Of a stretch of DNA of 64,000 nucleotides, positions 1-10,783 are shown piece by piece (the stretch's first letter is position 1; each line of letters opens with the position of its first letter). Source of the stretch: a virus (Duplodnaviria > Caudoviricetes); IMG/VR virus record IMGVR_UViG_3300033066_001289, positions 1-64,000 of that record; one strand, 5' to 3'. Below the pieces are notes generated by a model. It was not told where the DNA came from, did no database searches, and worked only from the letters and a program-made list of their open reading frames with translations. The position numbers and the translations under genes are program-made.

Positions 1-2340
1 TCACTCTTACCTTTCTACTTCCAGAATCATGATGAGAATATCGCACTCTAAAGATAACTAGTTGTAACTAATCACCTTTAGAGTACAGGGATAAGACCAT
101 CTTAATCTTATCCCAATACTCACCACACCACAAGTTTGATAAAACTTTACTTCGGACCATCCCTTGCATTATTCATGCCAAGTTCCTTTATTAGCTTATA
201 GTTAAACACTCGGTTTTTGAATGACCGATTAAACATCGCCTTTTAATAACAGGGGCTACTGTTTTAAGGACGTTAGCGGGCTTTACGGCTATCCACCTTG
301 GTTATAGGTGCCCGCTCGAAAACCTCTAGCTCTTATCCTATAGGAACGGAATCCTATAGGCTATCACTTTCAGGGTAGCTAGTCCCGACAGTCTTTTATC
401 AGCAATAGTTCCTTATATTCCTTTCTACTTTAACGCACCTATACCCTGCCAAGGTATTAGGTGGTTTCAGTTTCCTTATCTTAAAAGTTAATCTATTACT
501 TCGCCCGGTCAGTACTACTCTTACACTTAGGTCTAGCTGTCAGCCCACGTACCCTTGAAAGGTATAGCTATTCAGCATTGACTATCTTCGCGCCTAGTCG
601 TCGCCTAAACTCTCATTATTAGAGAGTCAAGAATACTCTATAAGGTTCCCCTTATAACTTACTCTTGACTACCTAACAAATCAAACTAAGTTAAGAAAAG
701 CCTTGTTTTATAGGGGTTTTAACATTCCCCTCGTTTAAGAGGCTTTTAAGCTTTCTAGGCACTAGGTAACGTTTCCAAGCATCGAGGCTTTTTAGACCCC
801 TTGTAGCTCAAAGAAACGGTATCCTAGTTTTTAGCCTGTCGAATCTGTAGAGGAAAAGTTACTTTTATCCCCTACAGAGTTTTCTTTTAGCTTAGCAACT
901 TGAGGGCATACCAGCTACAACAGTGAGACTCACTGTTGTTATGTGCGTATGTGATGGGAATGGCTTTCAAAGCCAAGTTCCTGTCGGTCCAGTCACAGCG
1001 CTTGTAGTTACACATATTGATTGCGCACATACCAAACCTTTTCTATCTAGTTTCTAAAGGTTAACTAGCAACCCTACTACTTCCCTTTGAGCAGTAAGAA
1101 ACAATCTAGCTTTATTAGCTAAACTGCTTCTTACTACTGACGAGACTTCTATGATGAGAAGTCTCGTCTCTTTTCACATTCCAGCTTTTGCCAGAATGCG
1201 CCGCGCTTCGTCCAGCGCTGCCCATTCGTTGGGCGTCGCGTAGTGAATCTTTTCGGCGAGCACCACCCCCCCAATCTCTTGAATCCTCGCCTCTCGCCCT
1301 TCTAGCGCTTGAAGCGGAGAAGCCCATGCTTCTCCGACAATCTTGCGCGCTTGATAGCGCGCCGCCGCGCGAATCCTCTTTTGATTCTTGGTCATTATAA
1401 CCTTTTCTTTCACTTTTCTAAAGGCAAAGTGACAGCCCTTTTTTCCTAGTAATAATAAACCGTTCAGTATTGAATCCCGCTTGGTTAGCAGGCATTCACT
1501 TACCTTAGCCTTAACTAAAGTCGCTTTGAACGGCTTATTACTACTTGGAACTTTACTACACTTTCACACTAGGGTTTCATGATGAGAAAACCCTATCTCT
1601 ATCCCGCTGGAAAGCGCTTTTAGGTGGCTTTCCTTCACCTCGCCTTTCGGCTTTCTTAACATATCAGAAACCTTGCCTAAGAAGGGAGGCTTCTAACTGT
1701 CAAGTCATAACCGCTTTTACACGGTTCGTTTACTGCCTAGTTCGCACCTTTAATCCCGTCGGCGCTATGTTAATCCCCTATCTTTGGGCAGGGATTATCG
1801 TTTACCTTTCGACCGTCACACCCTATCAAGCCGTTGTCAATGGCGATTAGTGTTTCTTGGTTCGTTATGCTCCACGTTATGTTTTTGGGAGCGCTACAGG
1901 TATTGCCGCCCTGTAGGGTAACCGTATTCAGTTTTCAGAGAGCATAGGGGAAGGTTCAAGTTCCCCAATCTTAGAGTCTAAGATTCATGATGAGAAGTAT
2001 GCCCTTCTCTATCCTAAGCCTTTGGAGCCTAGCGGGGCAACCTATTCGGTGCCCTCGTGAACCCTTCGACTGCTTTACTACCTTTGAAGTGTCCAGGTTT
2101 TATGATGAGAAACCCTAGCCGGTTTCTCGAAGGCATTACTTCGCCTTTGGAGCTCCCTTTTTTGAAGCTCTCAATCATACCCTGTTACTTCGTTGGTTAC
2201 TGCACTTTTGAAGTAAGCTTTTATGATGAGAATATCTTTCCTTTACAATAGATAAAGGTTGTTTATTCCTTTATTATGATGAGAAAGATATTGTTTAAGA
2301 GAATGATTAGATTAGTGGGTTTGGAAAGTATGATGAGAAA
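1..2340. other. GC-richer, hairpin-rich, mostly non-coding region with repeated ATGATGAGAA motif
   Basis: Many inverted repeats (e.g. 1141-1166 CGAGACTTCT-atgatg-AGAAGTCTCG); motif at 29, 1151, 1579, 1987, 2102, 2223, 2276, 2330. Confidence 0.6.
1174..1413 (-). CDS. hypothetical protein (probable start ATG ~1395)
   Basis: Protein-like composition, AAGG before ATG; no recognisable motif. Confidence 0.4.
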   Translation of the reverse strand: MKEKVIMTKNQKRIRAAARYQARKIVGEAWASPLQALEGREARIQEIGGVVLAEKIHYATPNEWAALDEARRILAKAGM

Positions 2341-2394
2341 GGTGGGAGGTTTGGGTGCTTCCCCTCTGCGCGCTGCCTTAAATAGACCTTTTTA

Positions 2395-2501
2395 TGATAA
2401 TATACTGTCTCATACTGATAAAATAATGATAATATACTGTATCATAATGATAAATGATAATATACTGTCTCAACTCAATTAATTTTATGATAATATGCTG
2501 T
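2395..2501. repeat. four direct repeats TGATAATAT(A/G)CTGT, iteron/operator-like
   Basis: Copies at 2395, 2427, 2455, 2488. Confidence 0.75.
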
Positions 2502-2690
2502 TTTAAATAGTTATTTAAATATTTTACCTACTTTATCCTACATATACATACAAAAAATAGTTAATTCAACATAAACCTACTATAAAACAAGTAAAAATTG
2601 TAGAGCTGGGAAAATGAATAAAAAACCATCATAAATATAGGGGGAGGGAGACATATGAAAGTTAATAAAAAACAAGGAGAAAAATAGGGA

Positions 2691-3014
2691 TTATTGAAAG
2701 GTAATAAATTTATAAATAGTGATAGACAAATGATTATAAAGATCTAAAAGGGAGAAATTAGGAGGAAGAGAAGAGGAATCAAAAGGGAAAGTAGCAATTA
2801 CTGTATTAATTGTACATTTACCAATATAGAATTGGGAAGGTTTAGAGGAATCAAAACAGATATAATAATCTGAATTAGGATAAAAGAAAGAGCAGCCATT
2901 AATAAGTTGTTTATTGTCATTAATAATAATTAAAGCACTTGTAAAAATATAAATATTTTTATTCTTAATATTAGAATCATAAAAAGAATTTATAATTGAT
3001 TGTAGATAGTTCAT
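2691..3014 (-). CDS. small hypothetical protein, family A C-terminus
   Basis: Ends KFITFQ like neighbours. Confidence 0.7.
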   Translation of the reverse strand: MNYLQSIINSFYDSNIKNKNIYIFTSALIIINDNKQLINGCSFFYPNSDYYICFDSSKPSQFYIGKCTINTVIATFPFDSSSLPPNFSLLDLYNHLSITIYKFITFQ

Positions 3015-3356
3015 AAGAAAGTGATTAATTTAGGGAATTGAGAATACAATTGAGTAAAGGAGAGATTATTAGGTAATTGTAAAGATTTTGAAGAAAAAAG
3101 AATGATACTTTTGATTAATAGTATCAAAAGTATAGGTATTAAAATAAATAGTTGAGTTTTCTATATAGGACCAATATTCTAAATTATTAATAATAAAAGC
3201 GAAAGACATAAACTCATCTGTATAAGAATAAGCGATATTACAAATAGGGCAAGTATAGTCTTTATATCTAGTGTATCTAGGATCTAGAGATCTAGGTATA
3301 AGATTAGAGTAACAAACTAGGCAATTACGATGAGTAGGTTTAATTGAAGAGATCAT
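3011..3356 (-). pseudogene. family A Zn-ribbon protein with homopolymer frameshift near 3100
   Basis: CxxC/CPIC; +1 frame continues ...FPKLITFL-TGA overlapping next ATG. Confidence 0.55.
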
Positions 3357-3451
3357 TGAAAGATTAAGAATTTATTATATATGTTGATAATAAAAGGATA
3401 GAAGCAATAGCAATGTGTTTTATTACATAAGAGAATATAGGAAATTAGGTA

Positions 3452-3736
3452 TCATTTGAAGATTTGTAATTTATGTATATGATGAAGGACATCGAGATAT
3501 GTATGGAAGTTATCAATAGGGAAAGAGAATTTTTCGTGAATAAAGTTAAAGCAATAAACTTCACGTGAATTAAGTTCTAAATTAAAGCCAGTATGAAATT
3601 TAATAAAGCCACAGTGGCATGGGATGCAAGTTATATCTTTAGTTATATCTTTTGTAAGAGGAGATAAATAAGAGTTACAAATGGGACAAATATTAGAATA
3701 TCGAGTATGATTTAAGTAAAGTTCTTTAAGGTTCAT
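3452..3736 (-). CDS. family A Zn-ribbon protein
   Basis: CPIC...CHC; ends IFK; paralogue of 3733-4038. Confidence 0.75.
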   Translation of the reverse strand: MNLKELYLNHTRYSNICPICNSYLSPLTKDITKDITCIPCHCGFIKFHTGFNLELNSREVYCFNFIHEKFSFPIDNFHTYLDVLHHIHKLQIFK

Positions 3737-4038
3737 TGGAAGACTTCGAGTTTAAGGATATGGTTAATTAGATCATTATAAGAAGAGAAATTAGAAAGGT
3801 CTATAGTAATAATAGTATGAGAGTTTAGGTTATCAATTCTTTTATAAACATTATGAGATATATCAAATTTATAAAAAAAGTTATCAAAATATATATTAAA
3901 GCCTGAATACCATTTTTGGAAACCACAAGAGCAGTGTTTAGAGTTAACTTTGCTTGAAGGTAAAGGTAAATGAGAGTTACAAATGGGACAGATAGAATCA
4001 TTTAAAGTATGAGAGAAATAGAGTTCTTTAAGGTTCAT
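3733..4038 (-). CDS. family A Zn-ribbon protein
   Basis: CPIC...CSC; ends VFQ. Confidence 0.75.
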   Translation of the reverse strand: MNLKELYFSHTLNDSICPICNSHLPLPSSKVNSKHCSCGFQKWYSGFNIYFDNFFYKFDISHNVYKRIDNLNSHTIITIDLSNFSSYNDLINHILKLEVFQ

Positions 4039-4427
4039 TTGAAAACAAGAATTTTATAAAGGTTATGAGCACAAGTTGGGCATTGGCATTTAAGGGTATT
4101 ATTAAACTGTTGAATAGAGCCAGGGTTACCACAGGATTCGCAGATATAATGGGAGATTTTTTCCATAGCTAGGAGAAAGCCATTAATATAAAGGTTAGTA
4201 GAATTAGGATAGGGATTGATATCTAAATAAAATCTAATGGAGCCAAATTTTTCTTTAATTTGAGAGAAGCACAATTGATTAGGAGAATTGATATTAGAGT
4301 TTTGGGAATGTAGGAATTGGCAAGTAGTAAGGATAATAGATTCCCAGCCTTTATCGGTTTCAATATAGGAGATTTTGGAAAAAAGATAAGGATAAGAAGA
4401 GATAAGGTTATTGTACCAGGGGGTCAT
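4035..4427 (-). CDS. conserved phage protein (QIKEKFGxxRFY, CExCG...CxxC)
   Basis: Motifs typical of a widespread phage hypothetical family; ends VFK. Confidence 0.75.
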   Translation of the reverse strand: MTPWYNNLISSYPYLFSKISYIETDKGWESIILTTCQFLHSQNSNINSPNQLCFSQIKEKFGSIRFYLDINPYPNSTNLYINGFLLAMEKISHYICESCGNPGSIQQFNNTLKCQCPTCAHNLYKILVFK

Positions 4428-4753
4428 TGTAGAATGTTGATTTTATCAATAAGGTGTTGAATGAGTTGGAGATTATTAAATTTAGGAGAGATTAGGTAAT
4501 TAAGGGAGATAGATTTATTATTAGGGAGAGAGATAGTAGTAGTAAGGGATAAGAAGTCAAGAGTAACATAAGGTGCGGAGATTTTGTTATTAACAGAGAA
4601 TTTGATAGAAGAGATTCTATTATTATTAGAGATTTCGAAAACGAAGAGATGTTCTTTATTAGGGCAATGGAGAAGATTAGTTAGGGATTTTTGACAAATA
4701 GGGCATTGATGATTTTTTAAGGAAGAGTAGAGTTTACGTTTAAAGTAGGTCAT
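4424..4753 (-). CDS. family A Zn-ribbon protein
   Basis: CPIC...CPNKEH. Confidence 0.7.
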   Translation of the reverse strand: MTYFKRKLYSSLKNHQCPICQKSLTNLLHCPNKEHLFVFEISNNNRISSIKFSVNNKISAPYVTLDFLSLTTTISLPNNKSISLNYLISPKFNNLQLIQHLIDKINILQ

Positions 4754-5055
4754 TTGAAAGTATTAATTTTATTAATATAGTTAAATATAAGGGAGATATT
4801 AGGGTTAGGGTTTTGGAAAGTAGAAACTATAATATTTTTAATAGAGTCTTTATTAGAATTAGGATCGAAATCAAAGTAATCAACAATTTTAGATTCAGTA
4901 ACAAGGCAACTAGCAGAGTTAGAGTAGAAGGCAATAGATGGGAAAGTAATAAAGGAAGCGAAAGATTTACAAGAAGAGCATTTGATATTAGGTAGGATAG
5001 GATTAGAGCAATTGGGGCAATGGGAGAGATTAAGGAAAGGGGAGATATTAAACAT
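4750..5055 (-). CDS. family A Zn-ribbon protein
   Basis: CPNC...CSSC; ends TFK; start moved to MFNISP. Confidence 0.7.
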   Translation of the reverse strand: MFNISPFLNLSHCPNCSNPILPNIKCSSCKSFASFITFPSIAFYSNSASCLVTESKIVDYFDFDPNSNKDSIKNIIVSTFQNPNPNISLIFNYINKINTFK

Positions 5056-6127
5056 TGATAGTTTTCTCATAGTTAGAGAGAAGGATATTAGAGATAATAG
5101 GAGAGAGGTCACCATCAAGGATATCGATAGCGTTATGATATTTAGCATCAGCGATATGATCAGATACTAATTGGAAGGGGGAGAGAGTATAAGTTCTAAT
5201 TTGGTGACCGAAAGCGATATCATTAAGGGAGTCTTGTTTTTGGGATTTGATTTTATTTTGTTTATCTAGTTCGAGTTGATAAAGTTTAGCTTTAAGGACC
5301 TTAAGAGCAAAGGCTTTATTTTTACCTTGATCACGTTCAGCTCTAGAATTTATGGTGATATTAGTAGGGATATGTTTAATACGGACAGCAGATTCGACTT
5401 TATTAACATTTTGACCACCGGCACCAGATGATCTCATGGTAGTAATTTCGAGATCTTTAGGATTAATTTGGATATCGATTTCGAAGGGGATATCAGGATT
5501 AACTTGGACAGCGGCGAAGGAAGTATGTCTAGCGTCATTAGAATTGAAGGGTGAGTTTCTAATAAGGCGATGAGGACCTTCTTCATTTTTAAGGAGACCG
5601 TAAGCGAATTTACCAGAGACTTTGAAGGTAACGGAATCGATACATTTATCAGAATGTTCATTAGATCTATTGAGGTCAATGAGTTCTAGATTGAGGGAAT
5701 TTATGTTAGCGAACCTGGAGTACATACGGAAAAGCATATTAGCCCAATTAGCAGCTTCTAGACCACCCGCGCCAGCCTGAATAGTAACGATAGCAGGTAG
5801 AGGGTCTAAATCTGATGAAAGTGTCAAGGAAAGCTCTAGAGCGGTTATTTTAGATAGAAGGGTAGAGATATCATTAATAGGAGAGTCATTAGGGAAAGTT
5901 TGGATAAATTCTTGGAGGAAAGCGAAGTCATTATTAAGAGAAGAGAGTTGAGAGATTAATGAGGAGAGGTTATTACGTTCTTTGGATAGGGAGGAAGAGA
6001 GTTTGAAATCGCTCCAATTCTTATTAAGAATTGAGTCAATCTCAAGGATACGAGATTCGAAGGATTTGATGGGAATGAATTTATTGAGGGTAGAAATTTT
6101 AGATTGTATAATAGACAGATCGTTCAT
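5048..6127 (-). CDS. prfB: peptide chain release factor 2
   Basis: GAGGxEA, SPF tripeptide, [24 protein letters not shown]; no internal frameshift. Confidence 0.95.
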   Translation of the reverse strand: MNDLSIIQSKISTLNKFIPIKSFESRILEIDSILNKNWSDFKLSSSLSKERNNLSSLISQLSSLNNDFAFLQEFIQTFPNDSPINDISTLLSKITALELSLTLSSDLDPLPAIVTIQAGAGGLEAANWANMLFRMYSRFANINSLNLELIDLNRSNEHSDKCIDSVTFKVSGKFAYGLLKNEEGPHRLIRNSPFNSNDARHTSFAAVQVNPDIPFEIDIQINPKDLEITTMRSSGAGGQNVNKVESAVRIKHIPTNITINSRAERDQGKNKAFALKVLKAKLYQLELDKQNKIKSQKQDSLNDIAFGHQIRTYTLSPFQLVSDHIADAKYHNAIDILDGDLSPIISNILLSNYEKTINV

Positions 6128-6189
6128 GGGGAATGGTTCCTTTTGAGATAGAGGAGGGAAGTATGATGAGGAAAAGGGGAGTAAGAAGG

Positions 6190-6507
6190 TTAGGAAAAGA
6201 TAGTAAGTTTGGAAATATAAGAGATTAAGCCATTTAAAGAGAGGTCTTTGAGATTAGATAAATCAATATCTATATAGCTATCTAATGAATAGATTTCATA
6301 TTTTGAATGTTCATTTAATGAAAGAAAATGAAAAGGTATAGGTTTATAGATAGTGAAAGAATATCTATATGCATCAAAACAAGAATAACAACGTTTTAAT
6401 GAGTATAAATCAAGATGAGTTGGTTTATTACAAAGGGGGCATGAAGTAGAGTTATATAATGTAGTATTTATGTTTTTTAAGAATTTGGTAATATTATTGG
6501 AAGACAT
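6190..6507 (-). CDS. family A Zn-ribbon protein
   Basis: CPLC; ends IFS. Confidence 0.75.
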   Translation of the reverse strand: MSSNNITKFLKNINTTLYNSTSCPLCNKPTHLDLYSLKRCYSCFDAYRYSFTIYKPIPFHFLSLNEHSKYEIYSLDSYIDIDLSNLKDLSLNGLISYISKLTIFS

Positions 6508-6826
6508 AGATTTTAGATATATAAGAGATTAAAGAGTCTAGAGATAGATTAGGCATATTAGATATATTAATTATACCAATACTGAGTCCATAAGAACTAT
6601 GACCTAGGTAAACATAATTTGTATCAGAAACATGAATATGAAATTTAACTGGTTTTTTAATATTTAATACGCCTCTATAAGCTTTAAAACATTTATTAGT
6701 ACAACATGTATAGGTTAATTTAATAGTAGGAGAATTACAAATAGGGCATTGGAAACTATTTAAAAATTGATCATATAGATTTTTATTAAAATCTTTATTA
6801 TTGGAATGTTTGGAGTTTTGAGACAT
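6494..6826 (-). CDS. family A Zn-ribbon protein
   Basis: CPIC; ends VFQ. Confidence 0.75.
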   Translation of the reverse strand: MSQNSKHSNNKDFNKNLYDQFLNSFQCPICNSPTIKLTYTCCTNKCFKAYRGVLNIKKPVKFHIHVSDTNYVYLGHSSYGLSIGIINISNMPNLSLDSLISYISKIYVFQ

Positions 6827-7163
6827 AGTTGATGAGTTCGGTTAGATCTAGGGCTTTTAGATTAGATATATCAATTATTGAATCATTTAAATTATTAGAT
6901 CTAATAATATATTTATTATAAGTAAAAGAATTATACCATTGCATATGTATAGGTTTATGAATAGTGGTAGATAATTTGGTTGAGGTAAAGCATTGATTTT
7001 CACAATAAGAATAATTATAATAATTATAATAATTATTCTTATTAATACCATGAAAAATTTTATTATTGCATAAGGGGCAATAATGGATTGATTTAAAATA
7101 ATTAGCTAATTCTTGTAGAAAATTATTAATTTCAGATTGGGAAAAGTTATTTAAAGACATCAA
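6798..7163 (-). CDS. family A Zn-ribbon protein
   Basis: CPLC; ends TFQ. Confidence 0.75.
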   Translation of the reverse strand: MMSLNNFSQSEINNFLQELANYFKSIHYCPLCNNKIFHGINKNNYYNYYNYSYCENQCFTSTKLSTTIHKPIHMQWYNSFTYNKYIIRSNNLNDSIIDISNLKALDLTELINYVSKLQTFQ

Positions 7164-7461
7164 TTTTATTAATTAAGTGAATGAGATCATTGATTGAGGA
7201 GATATTATGATTAGATAAGTCTATGGTAGATCTTGATGGTGTTAAAATTGGCGGATAGTTTTTAGATTTGGGTGCCATATAAAATCCCTTATATACAAGG
7301 ATTGGATAACGATATTCGTGAATAAATGATAGTTGGCATCCTATACAAGAATTATATAAAAACAAATGATTACAAATGGGACATCTTTTAGAGGAATGTA
7401 AGTCTTTAATAAAAGAGATAATAAGATGTTGTAAATTATTTGAAGACATGATATTCATCAA
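7147..7461 (-). CDS. family A Zn-ribbon protein
   Basis: CPIC; ends VFK. Confidence 0.75.
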   Translation of the reverse strand: MMNIMSSNNLQHLIISFIKDLHSSKRCPICNHLFLYNSCIGCQLSFIHEYRYPILVYKGFYMAPKSKNYPPILTPSRSTIDLSNHNISSINDLIHLINKIDVFK

Positions 7462-7759
7462 TTAAATGTAGGATATCATTAATATTTTGGATATTATGAT
7501 TTTTTAGATATAAAGTTTTATTAGAATGAAATTCATTATGAGTAATTAAATTATAGTCTTTACTAGTGGGGCACCAATAAAATTGTTTATAAATTAAATA
7601 TAATGTCTCTTTTTTATTATATGGATTATGGTAGGTAAATAATGGACAACGAGAGCACAAGTTGCCTATTATGGTAGTTTTATGATTAGGGCAAGCATTT
7701 GAAAAATGGAGATCTTTAAGAATAGATATTAAGAATGCTTGTGAATTATTGGAAGACAT
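7436..7759 (-). CDS. family A Zn-ribbon protein
   Basis: CPNH...CSRC; ends VFK. Confidence 0.7.
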   Translation of the reverse strand: MSSNNSQAFLISILKDLHFSNACPNHKTTIIGNLCSRCPLFTYHNPYNKKETLYLIYKQFYWCPTSKDYNLITHNEFHSNKTLYLKNHNIQNINDILHLIDEYHVFK

Positions 7760-8051
7760 TAATTTTATTAATTTGAAATAGGAGGTTATCAAAAGTTAGG
7801 GGATTTAGGGAATTGATGGGAAAATGTTGACGGGAGTTACAATTATCAGAATAATAGATAATTTCATTAAGTTGAGCATGAATATCTATATTAAGTGGAT
7901 AATATATTTCAATAATTTGATTATGTAAATATACTTCTATATGACCTTCTGGGCAATAAAGTCGTGTATTATGAGAGACTAGGGATTTTTTACATATAAG
8001 GCAAGAGTTATTATCAACAGTTAAGTCAAAGAGGTATTTAGTAAAGTTCAT
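7746..8051 (-). CDS. family A Zn-ribbon protein
   Basis: CLIC...CPEGH; ends VFQ. Confidence 0.75.
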   Translation of the reverse strand: MNFTKYLFDLTVDNNSCLICKKSLVSHNTRLYCPEGHIEVYLHNQIIEIYYPLNIDIHAQLNEIIYYSDNCNSRQHFPINSLNPLTFDNLLFQINKINVFQ

Positions 8052-8500
8052 TTGAATATATTATATTTGTTTAAGGCATGAATGATATTAATTAAAGAAA
8101 GGTGGTTATGATTTGAGATAATGGTATTTAGTGGGATAGCGTTTAGATTTTGGTAATCTAGTGCAATTTTGCCATTGATATGAAAATTTTCAAAAGAGAA
8201 GAAGGGGATAGTATCTGGTAAATAAAATTTGTGGGTTTGACAATAACCATAACCATAATCATATTCATGAGATAGTTGATTTGTACAAATTGGGCAAAAG
8301 TTAAAAGATTTACAGTCTTGATATAGGTCAATAAATTTATAATAAATATTCTCATTTGGAAGATTATAAGAATTAGATTCTAGATATACATTAATTACTT
8401 GTGGATTATATCTTAACATATATAAGATTTCATCATCTATCTCTGTCATTATATCATTGATAATTTGTTGTTGCCAAGTAGGTTTAGGAGTATTATTCAT
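8048..8500 (-). CDS. family A Zn-ribbon protein
   Basis: QDC...FCPIC; ends IFK. Confidence 0.75.
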   Translation of the reverse strand: MNNTPKPTWQQQIINDIMTEIDDEILYMLRYNPQVINVYLESNSYNLPNENIYYKFIDLYQDCKSFNFCPICTNQLSHEYDYGYGYCQTHKFYLPDTIPFFSFENFHINGKIALDYQNLNAIPLNTIISNHNHLSLINIIHALNKYNIFK

Positions 8501-8895
8501 TGGAAGGTTATATATTTCTTTAAGTTATTATAGAGTTGGATTAGAGTGAGGTTATCAATATCAGTAATAATTGATTCATATTCAATACTTTCAGCACAAT
8601 TAATATTCACAAAATATATTGCTCTATCAAGTTCATAGAAATGATATTTAATATTATTTATAGTAAAATAAAAATGTGTATTATTAATTGAAAAGTTACA
8701 TTTTATACAGTTCTTATAAGTTGTAGTTTTTACACTTATTAAATTATTAGTACAGATTGGGCACAAGTTATATTTAAAGCAATCTTGCGACAATTCATTT
8801 AGTTTATTTTTAATTTTTAATTGATTTTTAATTTTTAATTGATTTTCTGTCATTATAATATAAGATATTGGTATGTATCCAGGAATAATAGGCAT
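8497..8895 (-). CDS. family A Zn-ribbon protein
   Basis: QDC...LCPIC; ends TFQ. Confidence 0.75.
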   Translation of the reverse strand: MPIIPGYIPISYIIMTENQLKIKNQLKIKNKLNELSQDCFKYNLCPICTNNLISVKTTTYKNCIKCNFSINNTHFYFTINNIKYHFYELDRAIYFVNINCAESIEYESIITDIDNLTLIQLYNNLKKYITFQ

Positions 8896-8897
8896 AG

Positions 8898-9254
8898 TTA
8901 TTGAAAGGTTATTATTTTATTAAGTTTAGTATAAAGATCTAGAAAATTATCCGCTTCTAAATCAGTTAAATCTAATGGTGTGTCATTTATTTGAGCAAAT
9001 GGAACATATATATTTTTATGTAAGGGAATTAATGATAATCCATTTGGAAAGCTCATATTATACATTGTAAGCCCTTGACATTGGATGTATGAACATAATA
9101 AGTCATCTGATAGGCATTTATATTGAGTATCAGTTAAAAGCATATTTGTATAAGAAAATATTTTATTATAAATAAGTTTATTATTACAAATAGGACAAAT
9201 TTTAGACTTAAAAGATTCAAGTATAGTATTTGAGACAATTTCTGTAATATTCAT
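8898..9254 (-). CDS. family A Zn-ribbon protein
   Basis: CPIC; ends TFQ. Confidence 0.75.
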   Translation of the reverse strand: MNITEIVSNTILESFKSKICPICNNKLIYNKIFSYTNMLLTDTQYKCLSDDLLCSYIQCQGLTMYNMSFPNGLSLIPLHKNIYVPFAQINDTPLDLTDLEADNFLDLYTKLNKIITFQ

Positions 9255-9553
9255 TGAAATGTTTCTATTTTATTTATATAATTAATTAGTTCTTCAAAAG
9301 AAGTGCCAGTAAAATGAGCAAGTTTAATATCATTAGCACCAACACAAATCTGTAACTTACGTAAAAATATCCAATTATTATTTAATATCCAATTATTTTT
9401 TGTATTAAAATAAGTTACTATAATATGTTTTGGACAATCTAATGAATAAACCAATCCCTTTTCAGTTTTCTTTAAAATCAATTTAATATTACAAAAGGGA
9501 CAAGTTTTTTCTTTTAAAATATTATTATGAATATTTATTATATTTTGATTCAT
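9251..9553 (-). CDS. family A Zn-ribbon protein
   Basis: CPFC; ends TFQ. Confidence 0.75.
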   Translation of the reverse strand: MNQNIINIHNNILKEKTCPFCNIKLILKKTEKGLVYSLDCPKHIIVTYFNTKNNWILNNNWIFLRKLQICVGANDIKLAHFTGTSFEELINYINKIETFQ

Positions 9554-9981
9554 TTAAAAATTAAAAATTTATTAAGGTTTTTATATAGTTTTATTATTGA
9601 TAGCGAGTTCAATTCGTTGGGATTTATTAAATCTGAATAATTACAAACATTAATATCATTATATGAGAAATAGTTTTTATTATCAATAAACTTTCTACTA
9701 AAAACATTATTATTATGTGATAAAAATCTATAAATTATTTTATTAATTGTAAAATTAAACTCTTTTTCATTCAAATAAAATTTATCTTTATCACAATAAA
9801 TATACTTCTGACGAAATCTAATTAGAGGATTAATGCCAATTTTTTCTTCTAAGACATTCGTACAAATAGGGCAAAATCTATAATTAAGGCAATCTTTTCT
9901 TAATTCATATATTTTGGTTTGACATTTAAAATCAAAACTTTCATAGTATTCTAGTGGCATTGAAAAATCTGGATATATCAT
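9550..9981 (-). CDS. family A Zn-ribbon protein
   Basis: KDC...FCPIC; ends IFK. Confidence 0.75.
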   Translation of the reverse strand: MIYPDFSMPLEYYESFDFKCQTKIYELRKDCLNYRFCPICTNVLEEKIGINPLIRFRQKYIYCDKDKFYLNEKEFNFTINKIIYRFLSHNNNVFSRKFIDNKNYFSYNDINVCNYSDLINPNELNSLSIIKLYKNLNKFLIFK

Positions 9982-10394
9982 TTAAAAATCAATATTTTAT
10001 TAAGATTATTATAAATATCTATTAAAGAAGTGTTTTCATTTGGTATTAAATCTGAATACCAGCAAATCTGATAAGCATCATCTGTTTGCACATAATTAAA
10101 ATCAGTATAAAAATAATAATGTTTTGTATTAATATTAAATGTAAGCAAATCTGCATAAATAGTAAATTTACACAAGGTACATGCGTAATAATACTCTGAG
10201 TGACCAAATAAAAATTCTATTTTATTTGTACAAATTGGGCAAAATTTATATTTTAAACAATCTTGATGTAATTTATAGAATATAAGTTCTGAATCATCAT
10301 TATAATAAAAAGTTTTTATTATGCCATCAATATTAAATATTTTATATTTTTGTTTCATTTTAGGTATAGGTAGTTGTAAATGTTTAAACATCAT
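9978..10394 (-). CDS. family A Zn-ribbon protein
   Basis: QDC...FCPIC; ends IFK. Confidence 0.75.
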   Translation of the reverse strand: MMFKHLQLPIPKMKQKYKIFNIDGIIKTFYYNDDSELIFYKLHQDCLKYKFCPICTNKIEFLFGHSEYYYACTLCKFTIYADLLTFNINTKHYYFYTDFNYVQTDDAYQICWYSDLIPNENTSLIDIYNNLNKILIFK

Positions 10395-10405
10395 GAGAAT
10401 GTATT

Positions 10406-10783
10406 TTAATTGATATTGTCATAAAATATTATAAATTTCTTAAGATTATTATAAATATCTAATAAAGTAACAGAATCTAAATCATGAATTAAATCTTTTA
10501 ATCGAATATTATCAGGATTACTTGAATTAAAATCATCATCAGTATATTTGCCAAAATGTTCAATATAATAGTTTTGATCATTTATAGCAAAAGATAAATA
10601 TTTTTCACTTAATAAAAAACCATCTTCATTACAAATAAAATTATAAATAATTCCATCTATAGAAGTGGAATTTTGTTGTAATAAAGTATAATTACATATT
10701 GGACATATTTTAGACTTTAAACAATCCTGTACTAATTTGCTAAATTTATTAAAAGCTTGAGCTTCAGTAAATAGTTTTGTCAT
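10406..10783 (-). CDS. family A Zn-ribbon protein
   Basis: QDC...ICPIC. Confidence 0.75.
   Translation of the reverse strand: MTKLFTEAQAFNKFSKLVQDCLKSKICPICNYTLLQQNSTSIDGIIYNFICNEDGFLLSEKYLSFAINDQNYYIEHFGKYTDDDFNSSNPDNIRLKDLIHDLDSVTLLDIYNNLKKFIIFYDNIN

Noticed and set aside
1545-2482. Plus-strand ORFs 1545-1850, 2057-2251, 2276-2482
   Set aside because: No RBS or motifs; they overlap repeats and hairpins
2395-2501. Mini CRISPR array
   Set aside because: Repeats 14 bp, spacers too short and repeat-like, no cas genes
3090-3115. Frameshift in the 3069-3356 gene as part of the recoding system
   Set aside because: No CGG; lies in A/T homopolymers, so ordinary mutation or error
5048-6127. TAG stop-to-sense recoding suggested by phage RF2
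   Set aside because: No gene needed in-frame TAG readthrough
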